This document shows, in pieces, positions 52,096 through 63,727 of a DNA stretch of 64,000 bases; positions within the stretch are counted from its first letter, which is position 1; every line of letters starts with the position of its first letter. Below the pieces are notes generated by a model. That model was given only the letters and a program-made list of their open reading frames with translations, searched no databases and had not been told where the DNA came from. This DNA is from Macrostomum hystrix. Taxonomy: Eukaryota; Animalia; Platyhelminthes. The position numbers were made by a program, and so were the translations under genes. The stretch lies in contig CATNEN010000002.1 of the NCBI GenBank assembly GCA_950097015.1, forward strand, positions 8,928,001-8,992,000. The letters run 5' to 3'.

Positions 52096-52572
52096 CGAAG
52101 ATAACGGTGAGTTAATGTGGATCGCCCCCCCTGCCCCCCTGGCTACGGTCCTGACGCAAGTACATGTCAATAAATTTTCGGTCCAATAAGGGATTGAAGA
52201 AATTTAGCAAATCGCATTGTCTCTCGTGTCAGTTACTCAGTACACAGAATGTCGCTTTCAGTGTGCTGTCGCAGGGCAAAAAGTCATATTGAAATTTACA
52301 TTTTTGGCGTAATGAATATTTTTACTCTTATTTCGATCATTAGATCAATAATAGTTGTGACAAGAATGCAAAAACGACCAAAAAACATTTGGGCACAATG
52401 ATTGACAAGCCAAGATGAACTATTTGCATTGGTTCCATTTATTCCAGGTGGATACGTACAATTATCCACCTACGTAGTCAGTCTTTCGCTTTCTATTTTC
52501 CTATTTAGTCTACCAGCAGGCAAAATTAGCTTGGCAGCACGTGGTAAGTGCATTGTCGCCGCAGCTGTCCGG

Positions 52573-53560
52573 TCAGCGCACCGAGTTGAAGAAGTCGCTG
52601 ACCTCAGCCTCAGTCAGAGAGTCGTTTGCGACGGCTGCTGCGCGCACCGTGCCATTCAGCACGATATCTGCCGATTTGGTGAATCCGATATTCAGACATG
52701 ACTTGCCATTGTGCACAGATCCGTTTGCGATGGGATACATTTTGTGCAAAGATTGCGAAACCTTTCTTGAACTGTACATGAACTCGAAGTGGCTTGAATT
52801 ATGCGATGGAGAAATAGCAGCGACATCGATGAACAAACCGGCATCGCTGGTACTTGAAGGCCAAAGTACGGCGAAGCTGACTGTAAAGTTCTGAATGAAG
52901 CTTGGGATTCGGAAAGGCTGAAAGTCACTAACTAGGCCGCTTTTTTAAAAACCTTCCCTGCAAACGATGGAAGCACCAGCATTGGTTTGCCTGAACCTGG
53001 TCAGCCACGTGAGGCCCTGCTGCATTTCCCCGTAATCGACATTGTCCAGCCACATCTTGGATTAAACTCCGTTGAACTCGGCTCCATCGCTGCTGAACTC
53101 GACTGCCTCTGCTGCGTCTCGCCGCACACCAAGTTGCTCTTGCTGGCTTCCTCATCGTCGCTCATCACCCAGGCTCCACGCAGCTTCGAGCCCACACTGC
53201 TCATCAGCTTCCTGCTCAGCGTCATGAAGTTGACGGCTCTCGCATTGGCGAATGCAGCACAGCTGTGCATCCTGTTGATCCCATTGCTGATTTGTGCATC
53301 GATGAGGTGGCACACGACAATGTACTTGAACAGTGAGCACTGGCGAGTGTCAGAGTCGAACTGGGCCACCAGCAGGCCGCTCATTGTGCTCGCAATGCCG
53401 ACGCACACTAGCTTGCTCGTCACTCGCCTGGTCTGCAGAGCCAGAGCGTCGGGCAGACACCGCGACGTCTCCACTCTGAGCCATTTGGCCTCGCTGCCAC
53501 AGCGGGCCAGCTGGGCGAAGCTGAGGACAATGAGCAGACAGAAACCTGAAATTTCATCAT
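52573..53560 (-). CDS. Putative secreted protein with PAN/apple-like and LamG/concanavalin-like segments
   Basis: Hydrophobic FCLLIVLSFAQLARC, then C....S....VAQFDSDTRQCSL (PAN-like). The last exon reads NFTVSFAV...LNGTVRAAAVANDSLTEAEVSDFFN (LamG-like). The exon joins are not resolved. Confidence 0.4.
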
Positions 53561-54139
53561 TTTCACCTACGTTTGGCACATAGAAATTACGCATTAATAC
53601 TTAGTGACCCTTTCATTTTCGCATGGGAATGTAAATACATTTGACAGAATCAAATGGGACATGTATATTTTTCTACTTGCCACTGTCAATATGCAGCTTC
53701 AGTTAAATCAATTAATTTTTCTGGAATTGAGTACAAGTGTACTGACCATAATTCGCGAAACTTCAACTGACCTTCGAGAACATTCTATACAGTACGAAAA
53801 TATTGATTTCTAGAAAATTATAGAAAATTTTTCTCAGAATATTATTAAGCACAATAATTGCATAATTCACCATAAGTTATCAAACACAAACTCCCCATGC
53901 GCTTGCATCTATAAATAAATAGCTTAATTAAATTTGTTTTACCACACAGTATATTTCTAGAAATATACGGAAACACAAAAATACACTATAAATATACTGC
54001 ACCCGATCCAGCAATAATCAAACCTTTGTGATCTCATACGAGAGGACTCAACTAACTCCAACTAGATATACGAAGTTCATAGTGGTCCTTGATGGCCTAT
54101 TATTGCTTTCACGCGCATGGCACCCTACTTCTAGTAGTG

Positions 54140-54628
54140 TGCTTTGGAGTTTTGTTGCGCTATTACGGTTCTCTAAACTAGCATGCGGGCCTTCTCGTTA
54201 AAAAGCAAGCCTGACTAGACCCCACAGTGACTCTCGAAATTTCGCAACCCGATTCCAATCTCTCTCTCATTCATTTTAGCCTGAATCATTTTACCTGCCA
54301 TTCATTTTTATGCCTTTCAGTAGCTGCACTTCACATTTTTCAATAATCTGCTATATGTGTTGCTTACCGATGAAGCTATTGTGAGTTGAGTAGCTCAGTC
54401 AGTGCGTATCGAGCATGCATCTCAGGCTCCACTGCAGCTCTATTTGATTGTCTTCTGTTTCTGGGCGGAAGCACAATAAATAGAGTTGCGACCCACTCGC
54501 GAACTGGGATGCGGGTAGAATCTGGTTTCAAGGCAAACCTTTCGGGTCTTTCCCAGCCAGCTGCGTGTGTGCTAGGCACTTCAGGGCTAAAATCTTCAAA
54601 GCAATCAAGCAGAAGAAGCAGCAGCAGC

Positions 54629-54662
<34 letters not shown>

Positions 54663-55525
54663 GCAGCTCCTGCAGCTTCGAGAAAAGCCGTTGACCTTCT
54701 GGCCCAGCTGTTGGAGGACAAGCGGCGCCGGAAGGCGGCGGCGGCCAAAACGTCGCAAAAGGCGACAGCTCCGATGTCCATCAAACCAGCAGCCACTTTC
54801 AAAGGTGCACCGCCCAGCAGTCGGCCCGACCACCGCAAGAGTGACACAACGGGGTTGAAAGCAGAGCCTCAACCAGCAGAGAAACTGAGAAACATCGAAG
54901 TCCGTATGCCACCGCCTCAGCCTCTGCCACAGCCGCAGCCTCTGCCACCGCCGCAGCCTCTGCCACAGCCGCAGCCTCCTCCACCGCCGCAGCCTCTGCC
55001 ACCGCCTCAGCCTCTGCTACAGCCGCAGCCCCCTCCACCGCCGCAGCCTCTACCGCAGCCTCTACCGCAGCCTCTGCCACCGCCGCAGACACCGCCGCAG
55101 CCTCTGCCACCACCGCAGCCACCGCCGCAGCCGCAGCCACCACCACAGCCAGAGTCCCAGCGGCCGCCTTCTGGCAGCCAGGTGACCGAAGACTGGGAGG
55201 CGGAAATTGACCGCGATTTGGAGCGACTTAAAAGATTCGGCCTTTCGTTCTGATCTTGACGGATGCTCAGCAGCTCCTGCTCAAAAACACAGCTCACCTA
55301 TTACTCAAGTGATGCCTAGGCATCCTTCAGGCTAATTTGATGTTAAAATGTACTTTGAGTTGTGTTTTTTAGACATTAACACTCAATTATCTTCAAGATG
55401 TTGTCATACTCAAATTTGTAAAAAGATTGGCAGATTTATTTTATTGGATTTCCAAATCTATGAACTGATTAATAAAAATGTAAATCACACTTTGGATAAA
55501 AATGTACGTATATTGGCAGCCACTG
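54140..55525 (+). repeat. Right arm of the ~1.3-kb inverted repeat; its Gln/Pro-rich frame has a CAG>TAG stop
   Basis: Matches the reverse complement of 37195-38475. TAG at ~54640 lies within the CAG run, in the Gln frame. Confidence 0.9.
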
Positions 55526-55562
55526 TTGATAGTTCTCAATTTCGAGTTCAATCTTCAAGTCC

Positions 55563-57137
55563 TTAGTCAGTCACCCGGTCATTGTCGCGATCCTGGCCAC
55601 GTCTGTCTCTTTTGTCGTCTTTGCCGCGGCCTTCGCCAGAGCCCCGCTTTGGATTGAAGCTGCTCATGAGAGAGAGGGAGGAAAAGGGGATAGCAGCAGC
55701 CATCGCACGTTCCAAATGCTGTGTACAGCAATCCAGTCCATGGACTGGGGCCCCAATCCCACTCGAATTTCTAACCCAGCAAATTAATTCTGCCACCCTT
55801 TTTGCACATGGATGGACTGAAAGAATGGGTAATGAGGTGTCTTGGTCTTAAATTGATTTTGGCACAGTATAAGCACCTGATATAAATAGGCCATTTAACT
55901 TTTTAGAATACGGCGACAGAACTATTTGATTGCAAAGTCAGCACTCACACTAGGGTGTACTTGACGGACACATAGGACTCCGGGCAGCAGGTATAGTGGG
56001 TCTCAATTCTCTCAGCGAAGGCCCTGGCCAATGTCCAGTTCTGAAGCGGCTCAAACTCGGTCACGCTGAGCGGGTTGCTGCTCAGGCTGGTGTTCAGCTG
56101 CAGGCTGCTGTGCACCCAGCTGCCCAGCACGGGCCGGCACCTCACGGAGCCGTTGCGCAGCCTCTCGCAGGGAGCCCGCAGCCTAGCCGGCAGCACGTAG
56201 ATCACCTGGGAGAAGCTACGGGCCACGGCAAGAACCGGCGACACTCGGTCGATAATGTAGTTTCCGCTGCGGGTTGAGTCGGTTGGCTGACTGAGCAGAG
56301 TTCAGCTCAAGCTTTAAGCACAATCGATAACTGCGGCACTCACGCGTGGAACGGCCTAACATCGGGAATCCAGATGAGGCTGGAGGGCAGGGCCACCTGC
56401 CTGAGTCCGCCGAAGTCAGCGGGGTTCCACCGGAGCCGGGGGTCGTTCCAGTACTGAGCAGAATTGAGAACACTTCTTTTTATGATAATGATAATAAAAA
56501 TAATTGGAGGATTACAAAAATAATGAGCTGCGGTCAATGGCATATCATTTGGTGACACTGGACCCACAGCCAGCGAGGAGGCAATTCTGTCCATTTCACA
56601 GACTCCAGAGCACACTCTGGGATCTTGGCGCGAGAGGCAAACTGGTTAACCGCTCTGCCACTCACCCCACTTAAAATGCGTCTTATTGCTGCTTTTAGCT
56701 TAAAAGCAACTTGTGTTTATGGAATATACTTATGGAATGTTGTTCAGTGCAGGGAATGTACAGTGCAGCGAATGTGCAGTGCAGGGAATGTGCTGCTCTC
56801 CACCGCAGGCTCACCATCTGGATCCAGACGTCGAGCTCAGCGGAGGACTCCTGGCTCATCAGTGACTCCACTCGCAGCAGACTTAGGCCCAAGGACAGCG
56901 ACACGGGCTCGCTGGAGTTGCCATCGGGCACCGGCCTGGCGATGGAGCCGCTGGTGCCCAGCCGCCGCAGCAACTCGGCCACCAGGCGGTCCTCATGCGA
57001 CTGGGCTGCATCGGGTGGCGATGATTTGCAATGAGACGACTGGCACAGTTTCAACTGATACAAACATGATCCGAGCTCTTACCTGTGACGAGAACTGCCA
57101 GTGTGATTGTGCTCAGCAGCAACAGCAAGCTCTTCAT
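55563..57137 (-). CDS. Acetylcholine-binding-protein-like (soluble nAChR ligand-binding domain, ~256 aa); exons 57137-57083, 57005-56815, 56453-56344, 56266-55949, 55659-55563
   Basis: Signal peptide MKSLLLLLSTITLAVLVT, then SHEDRL, RPV, VWIQMYWNDPRLRWNPADFGG, IWIPDV, GSWVHS and YTCCPESY. The GT-AG phases match (1,0,2,2), giving 771 nt. The protein stops after LVFNPKRG with no transmembrane helices. Confidence 0.85.
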
Positions 57138-57504
57138 GATGGCCTTGTTGAATAACCTGAAGCTCTAGGAAAAGTTCTCAGGATTTACCCTGTGGTTTAC
57201 AGTTGTTGCTGCGCCGTGTTTTGCTTGTAACCAATTTATGCTTGTAACAGAAGATCTTTCAGGTCTTGGCCAGGTGAAGTCTTGATGTGGTGTCCACACA
57301 GCCACCACAGACCACACACAGATGATGCAGCTGATAATTTCCAATGCGACTGACAGATTTTGTTTACTTTGTCCTACAAATTGTAGAAAATTCAACTGTT
57401 TCAGCTTGACTGACTGACAGCTTCGACCAACCACATCGCCCGGGCCTGGACGGAGACGTCAATCAGGTGTTGTCATGTCAACGCAACCTAATAAGCTGAC
57501 AGAG

Positions 57505-57985
57505 TGACAGACTATCAGAGAGAGAGAGAGAGAGAGTGACAGACTATCAGAGAGAGAGAGTGACAGACTATCAGAGAGAGAGAGTGACAGACTATCAGAG
57601 AGAGAGAGTGACAGACTATCAGGGAGAGAGAGAGAGTAACAGACAATCAGAGAGAGAGAGAGTGACAGACTATCAGAGAGAGAGAGAGTGACAGACTATC
57701 AGAGAGAGAGAAAGAGTGACAGACTATCAGATAGAGAGAGAGTGACAGACTATCAGAGAGAGAGAGAGTGACAGACTATCAGAGAGAGAGAGAGAGAGTG
57801 ACAGACTATCAGAGAGAGAGAGAGAGAGTGACAGACTATCAGAGAGAGAGAGAGAGTGACAGACTATCAGAGAGAGAGAGAGTGACAGACTATCAGAGAG
57901 AGAGAGAGTGACAGACTATCAGAGAGAGAGAGAGTGACAGACAATCAGAGAGAGAGAGAAAGTGACATACAATCAGAAAAAGAGT
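57505..57985. repeat. Compound (AG)n-GTGACAGACTATC minisatellite
   Basis: Visible array. Confidence 0.93.
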
Positions 57986-58325
57986 GTACTACTAGACTGG
58001 CAGAGATTATCTTCGCATTTGTTTTGCATTTTGCTTTAAAGTGCATCCTGCAAAGTTTCTGAAGTGGACGGTGAAAAAGCTCGGAATTCGATCGTATCAA
58101 TCAGACGACGCCACAACCGCGACGAAGCCGGATTTCGCGATTCGGACAATGGACAGCTTGATGCCTTCATTTCAGAGCTCTCAGCTTGTCTGAGCTGGAC
58201 GAGTAATCCCATCGATTCCTTGGAGTAACCCGGCAGGGAGTTTAGTAATCCCATCGATTCCTTGGAGTAACCCGGCAGGGAGTTTAGTAATCATATCCTA
58301 AGGATTGTGTGTTCCTTGCAATCCA

Positions 58326-58562
58326 GGATTGGGACACATCATGGATCGGAGGGCTGAGCCACCACGGATTAAGGATTGGGACACATCATGGATCGGAGGG
58401 CTGAGCCACCACGGATTAAGGATTGGGACACATCATGTATCGGAGGGCTGAGCCACCACGGATTAAGGATTGGGACACATCATGGATCGGAGGGCTGAGC
58501 CACCACGGATTAAGGATTTGGACACATCATGGATCGGAGGGCTGAGCCACCACGGATTAAGG
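58326..58562. repeat. 47-bp tandem repeat x5, preceded by a ~43-bp duplication at ~58200-58290
   Basis: Visible. Confidence 0.9.
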
Positions 58563-59719
58563 AGGATTGATTTAGTTGATTGAGTAATGAAAACCGAATG
58601 CAAAAAAAAATTTCAGGTCATAAAATCTGTTGCTGAGCATGTCCTAGGGCATCTGACTCAAGTTGAGTAATGCCTGAAGCTGTTTATTTTTTAATTTGCG
58701 AAACTACAGGTACACATATAAAGGTGCGACAATCCAGTTAGCTGCACTCAAGCATTGCAAATTTAAGATCGCAAATGCATTCAGGACAAACGCTTATTAC
58801 CGGTAACTGTGAGAACCCAGACAAAATGGTAGAAACGAGAAGCTATTTGAAACTTACAAACTAGTAGGAGACAAGTATAAACTCGTAGGAATTAGTAGGA
58901 ACTGTTGCCATTTGCTAGTAGCCACTATTGAGTCAGTGTGAAGCTCACTGCCATACCACTGCGCTAATGACTAGTAAGCAGAATGTACAATGAATAAAAA
59001 CTATGACAATATTAAAATACTAAACAAATAACAAAATAGGCAATCACAAGAACACAAACTGTAACAAATCCCTTAAAGAACTAAATTTTTGTTACTAAAA
59101 AGCGCAAAAACTTCAAGCAAGAGACACGCAGAGTATTATTTTTGGAGACCTACTCAAGCTAAAACACTCACACAGCAGCAGCATGAAAGCTGAACTGCGA
59201 ATAAGGAAAAACGAAACAACAAAGCCTACAAACTGAAGCAAAACACTGAATTTTATAACAGTTATGTACAAGCTATATTAGAAATTTGTAATGTTTTTTA
59301 ATAGAACGAAAATGCCTTGCAATAAACCTGTGCCACAGAGATTGCTAGCATGTGCGGCCATAACATTTTTTGCTAACGACTCGAACAGAAGGTAGGACAT
59401 TGAAAAACCACAACGTAGATATAGACACAAACTTACGACTGAGGATAAACGGATGGGGAAGTGGGGATCTGACCGAGGGATAAATGAGGATATGACTAAG
59501 GGATAAATGGGGATCTGACTGAGGGATAAATGAGGATCTGACTAAAAGATAAATGGATTAAGAAATGGGGATCTGACTGAGGGATAAATGGATTGGGAAA
59601 TGGGGATCTGACTGAGGGATAAATGGATTGGGAAATGGGTATCTGACTAAGGGATAAACGAACTGGGAAGTGGGAATCTGGTAACCATGAGACGGATGGC
59701 TCATTGTGATTGGTGTCAA

Positions 59720-62700
59720 TCAGTGGCTGGCCGGGCCGCCAGCCTCATCTGCAGCAGCGGCGCTGCTGGAGGCCTCCTTGCAGAATTCGGCCAGCACGGA
59801 GTCCAGGCTGAACTTGGCCCTGTACTGGGCAAAGAAGTAGCGCACGTGCTGCTCAGTCTTGGTGCCGACCAGCTGTGCGATGGACCGGAAGTCCTTGCCG
59901 TAGCGGCGCACGCCCTGCACAGCCAGCAGCAGCTCGTCCTCTGTCCACTTCGAGGAGATGGGCGCCTCCGTGCGGGGCTCCTGTGGAGGGCGGGGTTGGC
60001 GCCTGCGATAGTCTACTCATAGTAGAAATGTGCGAATTCAAACAGCAAAAATGAGCAAATTCAACTGTGGAATTCGACCTCTGCTAGACCTTCATTTGAC
60101 ACCGAAACTCACCTGAAAGGCTTCGGCCTCCGCGACCAAAGTTTGCCAGCGCTGGATCAGGTGAGCTCGATTCCGCTGCACCTGGGTGCGCGCCGTCACC
60201 AGCCGGTTGTCGAGAGCTGTCACAATTGCCTTATTCTGCGGCAGTAAGAAGTGTTGGGGATCATGGCTAGTTTGGTTGGAAGATCTGGGAAGGGTGTCAG
60301 TTAGGCTTGAGGATCTAAAGGGGTCTGATGATAGGCCTGAGGATCTGGAAAGGGTGTCAATTAAGGTTTAGAATCTGGGAACGGTGTCAGTTAAGCCTGA
60401 GGATCTGGGAAGGGTGTCAGTTAAGCCTGAGGATCTGGGAAGGGTGTCAGTTAAGCCTGAGGATCTGGGAAGGGTGTCAGTTAAGCCTGAGGATCTGGGA
60501 AGGGTGTCAGTTAAGCCTGAGGATCTGGGAAGGGTGTCAGTTAAGCCTGAGGATCTGGGAAGGGTGTCAGTTAAGCCTGAGGATCTGGGAAGGGTGTCAG
60601 TTAAGCCAGAGGATCTGGGAAGGGGGTCATTCGAGCCAGAGGATCTGGGAAGGGGGTCATTCGAGCCAGAGGATCTGGGAAGGGTGTCAGTTAAGCCTGA
60701 GGATCTGGGAAGGGGGTCATTCGAGCCAGAGGATCTGGGAAGGGGGTCATTCGAGCCAGAGGATCTGGGAAGGGTGTCAGTTAAGCCTGAGGATCTGGGA
60801 AGGGTGTCATTCGGGCCAGAGGATCTGTGAAGGGGGTCCTAGCATACAAAAGATCGACAAACAGCGGTGAAAACAAACGATGCCCACCTCGCCGGAGCTC
60901 TGCTGAGCCATAGCCAGCAGCGCCTCGTAGTCCAAGAAGATCGCATGCGGAATCCGCCGCCTCCGCTGCTGCTGGCCCTGCTGAGCCTGGCGACGTTGCG
61001 TGGGCTGAGGCTTCAAAGGGGACTGCTGCTGCTGCTGCTGAGTTGTCTGCGGCTGCCTGGCTCGGACGCGTCCGCAGCCGGGAGGCAGACTGGGCAGCTC
61101 CGAGTCCGACATGCTGGACTCCGAGTCGCTTCCGTCCGCAGCGCTGGCACCGATGCCGCCGCCTCCTCGGCCAGCGGCTCTGCGACGCTTGTCCAGTGCA
61201 GAGGATTTTGCGCGCGACTTCTTCCACTGATAGTAGTATTTCACGAGGTGGGGCACCGTTTTGTCTGGCAGGGCGTGGGCGATCTTGCCGAACTGCTTGC
61301 CCTGCAGGATGCGGGTTAATGCGGTGAAATTAAATTCTTCTGAGAATTATTCGAGAATCGGAGGTTAAGAGGGAGAATCGGAGGTTAGGGGGGAGAATCG
61401 GAGGTTAAGAGGGAGAATCGGAGGTTAGGGGGGAGAATAGGAGGTTATGGGGGAGAATCGGAGGTTCGGGGGGAGAATCGGAGATTAGGGGGGAGAATCG
61501 GAGGTTAGGGGGAGAATCGGAGGTTAGGGGGGAGAAACGGAGATTAAGAGGGGAAATCGGAGGTTAGGGGGGAGAATCGGAGACTAAGAGGGGGAACCGG
61601 AGGTTAGGGGGGAGAATCGGAGTTTAGTGGGAGAATCGGAGGTTGGGGGGAGAATCGGAGATTATGGGGGGGGAGAATCGGAAGTTAGGGGGAGAATCGG
61701 AGGTTAGGGGGGAGAATCGGAGATTAAGAGGGGGAATCGGAGGTTAGGGGGGAGAATCGGAAGTTAGGGGGAGAATCGGAGATAAGCGGAGAACCGGTGC
61801 CGGATGAGCTGAAGATTTTGAGGCCTAGAAAGCAGTCAGGTGATGATTTCAGGTACAGCGCAAGTCAAACCTGGAAGCTGAAAGCCTGCTCAAACACCAG
61901 CTTCTCCTCGTGAGTCCATTCGTCGGGAAATGGAACAAAATTGGGCAGGTCGGCTGTTGCCAGGTCGATATTGTGCTTGTGCCAGTACAGCATGGCCAGG
62001 GCCTGCTCAGCTGAGTAGCCATATCTGTCACGCGCCAGATCCACAAATGCGGCCAGCTGGGCCTCCGTGGCTGCAGCAGACGGTGGGGGCGACCAGACGC
62101 AGAGGGCTCCATCAGGCGAGTCGCAACGGCTGCCCGGCTGACCAATTAGGGCTGGCGTTGCGGCCTGATAGTCACGACCAACTCGCATTTTTGCATCTAG
62201 TGAGCGAAGGGTAACAAGGGGAGTGCTAAATCATTTACATTTTAAGGCAAAGTGACAAGACAAGCATTCACTTCCTTTGGCAGAGTGACAACAAGCAGTG
62301 CTTAATCCTCAGGTAGAGTGACAAGAAAAGTACACAATCCTTCACTTTTCAAGTTGTGACAAGACAAGTGCAATCTTTCACATTCTTAGGTGGAGTGACA
62401 AGAGGAGTGCTCAAACTCTTACATTCTTAGGTGGAGTGACAAGAGTAGTGCTTAATTTTCTACATTCTTAGGTGGAGTGACAAGTGGAGTGCTCAAACTT
62501 TTACATTCTTAGGTGGAGTGACAAGTGGAGTGCTCAAACTTTTACATTCTTAGGTGGAGTGACAAAGGGGGTGCTCAATTTTCTACATTCTTAGGTGGAG
62601 TGACAAGAGGAGTGCTTAATCTTTTACATTCTTAGGTGGAGTGACAAGAGAAATGCTCAATCTTTCACATTCTTAGGTGGAGTTACAAGAGGAGTGCTCA

Positions 62701-63727
62701 ATCATTCCTATTCTAAGGTGAAGTGACAAGAGTAGTGCTCAAAATTGTTTCTATCAGGTTTTATCAAATATTTATAAATTATAATAAAACTGTTAGCAAT
62801 ACAAAAACTAACATAAATATTGCAAAAACTAAACTATGACAATTTAGTGAACAATAATAATAATAATTTATTACACCTGCCCCAATTGGGTCAGATGTGC
62901 AGCCGACAGCACAGCCGCAGCTAATGCGTGGCGCATCTGAAGGCTGCGTACAGCTGTTCAGTCCATGGACTGGGGGGACGCCACACCCACCTTCAATTAT
63001 CCTAGCTGATGCTGGTAGGGCCTACCCATTTAACAGCTGGGTGAACTGAAGCAATGCAGAGTTAAGTGTCTTGCTAAAGGACACAAATTGTTCCAGTGGG
63101 GTCGGGAATCGAACCCCTGACCTTCAAGTTGTGAGTCCAATGCCCTAACCACTAGGCTACAACCTCTTAGTGAACAGCTATGTTCAAAAAGGCTGATTTA
63201 ACTATTTAAGATAAGAATAGGCCTAGTAATAGCAAATATAAAGAGCATCTAAAACTATAAATATATATATAACTGCCTGCACAATTTTTCAATGGTCCAT
63301 AGCTAGGATGCTTTAAAACATATGAATTAGGCCTATTACTATACAATGCTCAAAAAGTTTTAAAAAAGAATTTGCTAGAATTTCAAAAGTTATGTTTTAA
63401 AGACTTAAATTTTAATAAATTACAATAGAAATGACATTTACCTGCATAAGCTCCTCTTTGAATTATTTCATCTGAATCAGAATCATCAGATGTAGAAAAT
63501 GTTGGGGTATTACTCATATAGACATCTACAAATCCTTTGCTATGCTCTTTGACACTTGTATCATCAGATAATCTTCCTCTCAAGTAGTTGACTTTGTGAG
63601 GAAATAAAGTACTCGCTTTGGATGTATTCTCTTTATGAGACTTGGCAACACTCATTGTCATTGGCATGGAACATTTTCTGAAAGATGTTTTGCTTGAATC
63701 CTGTTCCTTTTCAGAACAAATCTCCAT
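59720..63727 (-). CDS. RCOR1: REST corepressor (CoREST/RCOR); exons 63727-63442 (tentative), 62196-61871, 61301-60888, 60235-60113, 59980-59720
   Basis: ELM2 MRVGRDYQA...EQALAMLYWHKH; SANT1 DEWT.EEK..FEQAF|GK.F.KI...LPDK....LVKYYY.WKK; coiled-coil linker; SANT2 KWTEDELLLAVQGVRRYGKDFRSIA..VGTKT. All junctions are phase-consistent. Confidence 0.92.
60270..60835. repeat. 30-bp intronic minisatellite (GAGGATCTGGGAAGGGTGTCAGTTAAGCCT)n
   Basis: Visible array in an RCOR intron. Confidence 0.95.
61360..61785. repeat. ~20-bp G-rich intronic minisatellite (GGAGAATCGGAGGTTAGGGG)n
   Basis: Visible array in an RCOR intron. Confidence 0.93.
62380..62735. repeat. 41-bp intronic minisatellite (ACATTCTTAGGTGGAGTGACAAG...)
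   Basis: Visible array. Confidence 0.9.
62853..63164 (-). mobile_element. Full-length tRNA-derived SINE
   Basis: Minus strand: GTAGCCTAGTGGTTAGGGC (A-box), GGTTCGATTCC (B-box), GTGTCCTTTAGCAAGACACTTAACTC core and an (AAT/ATT)n tail. Same family as 34643-34920. Confidence 0.82.
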
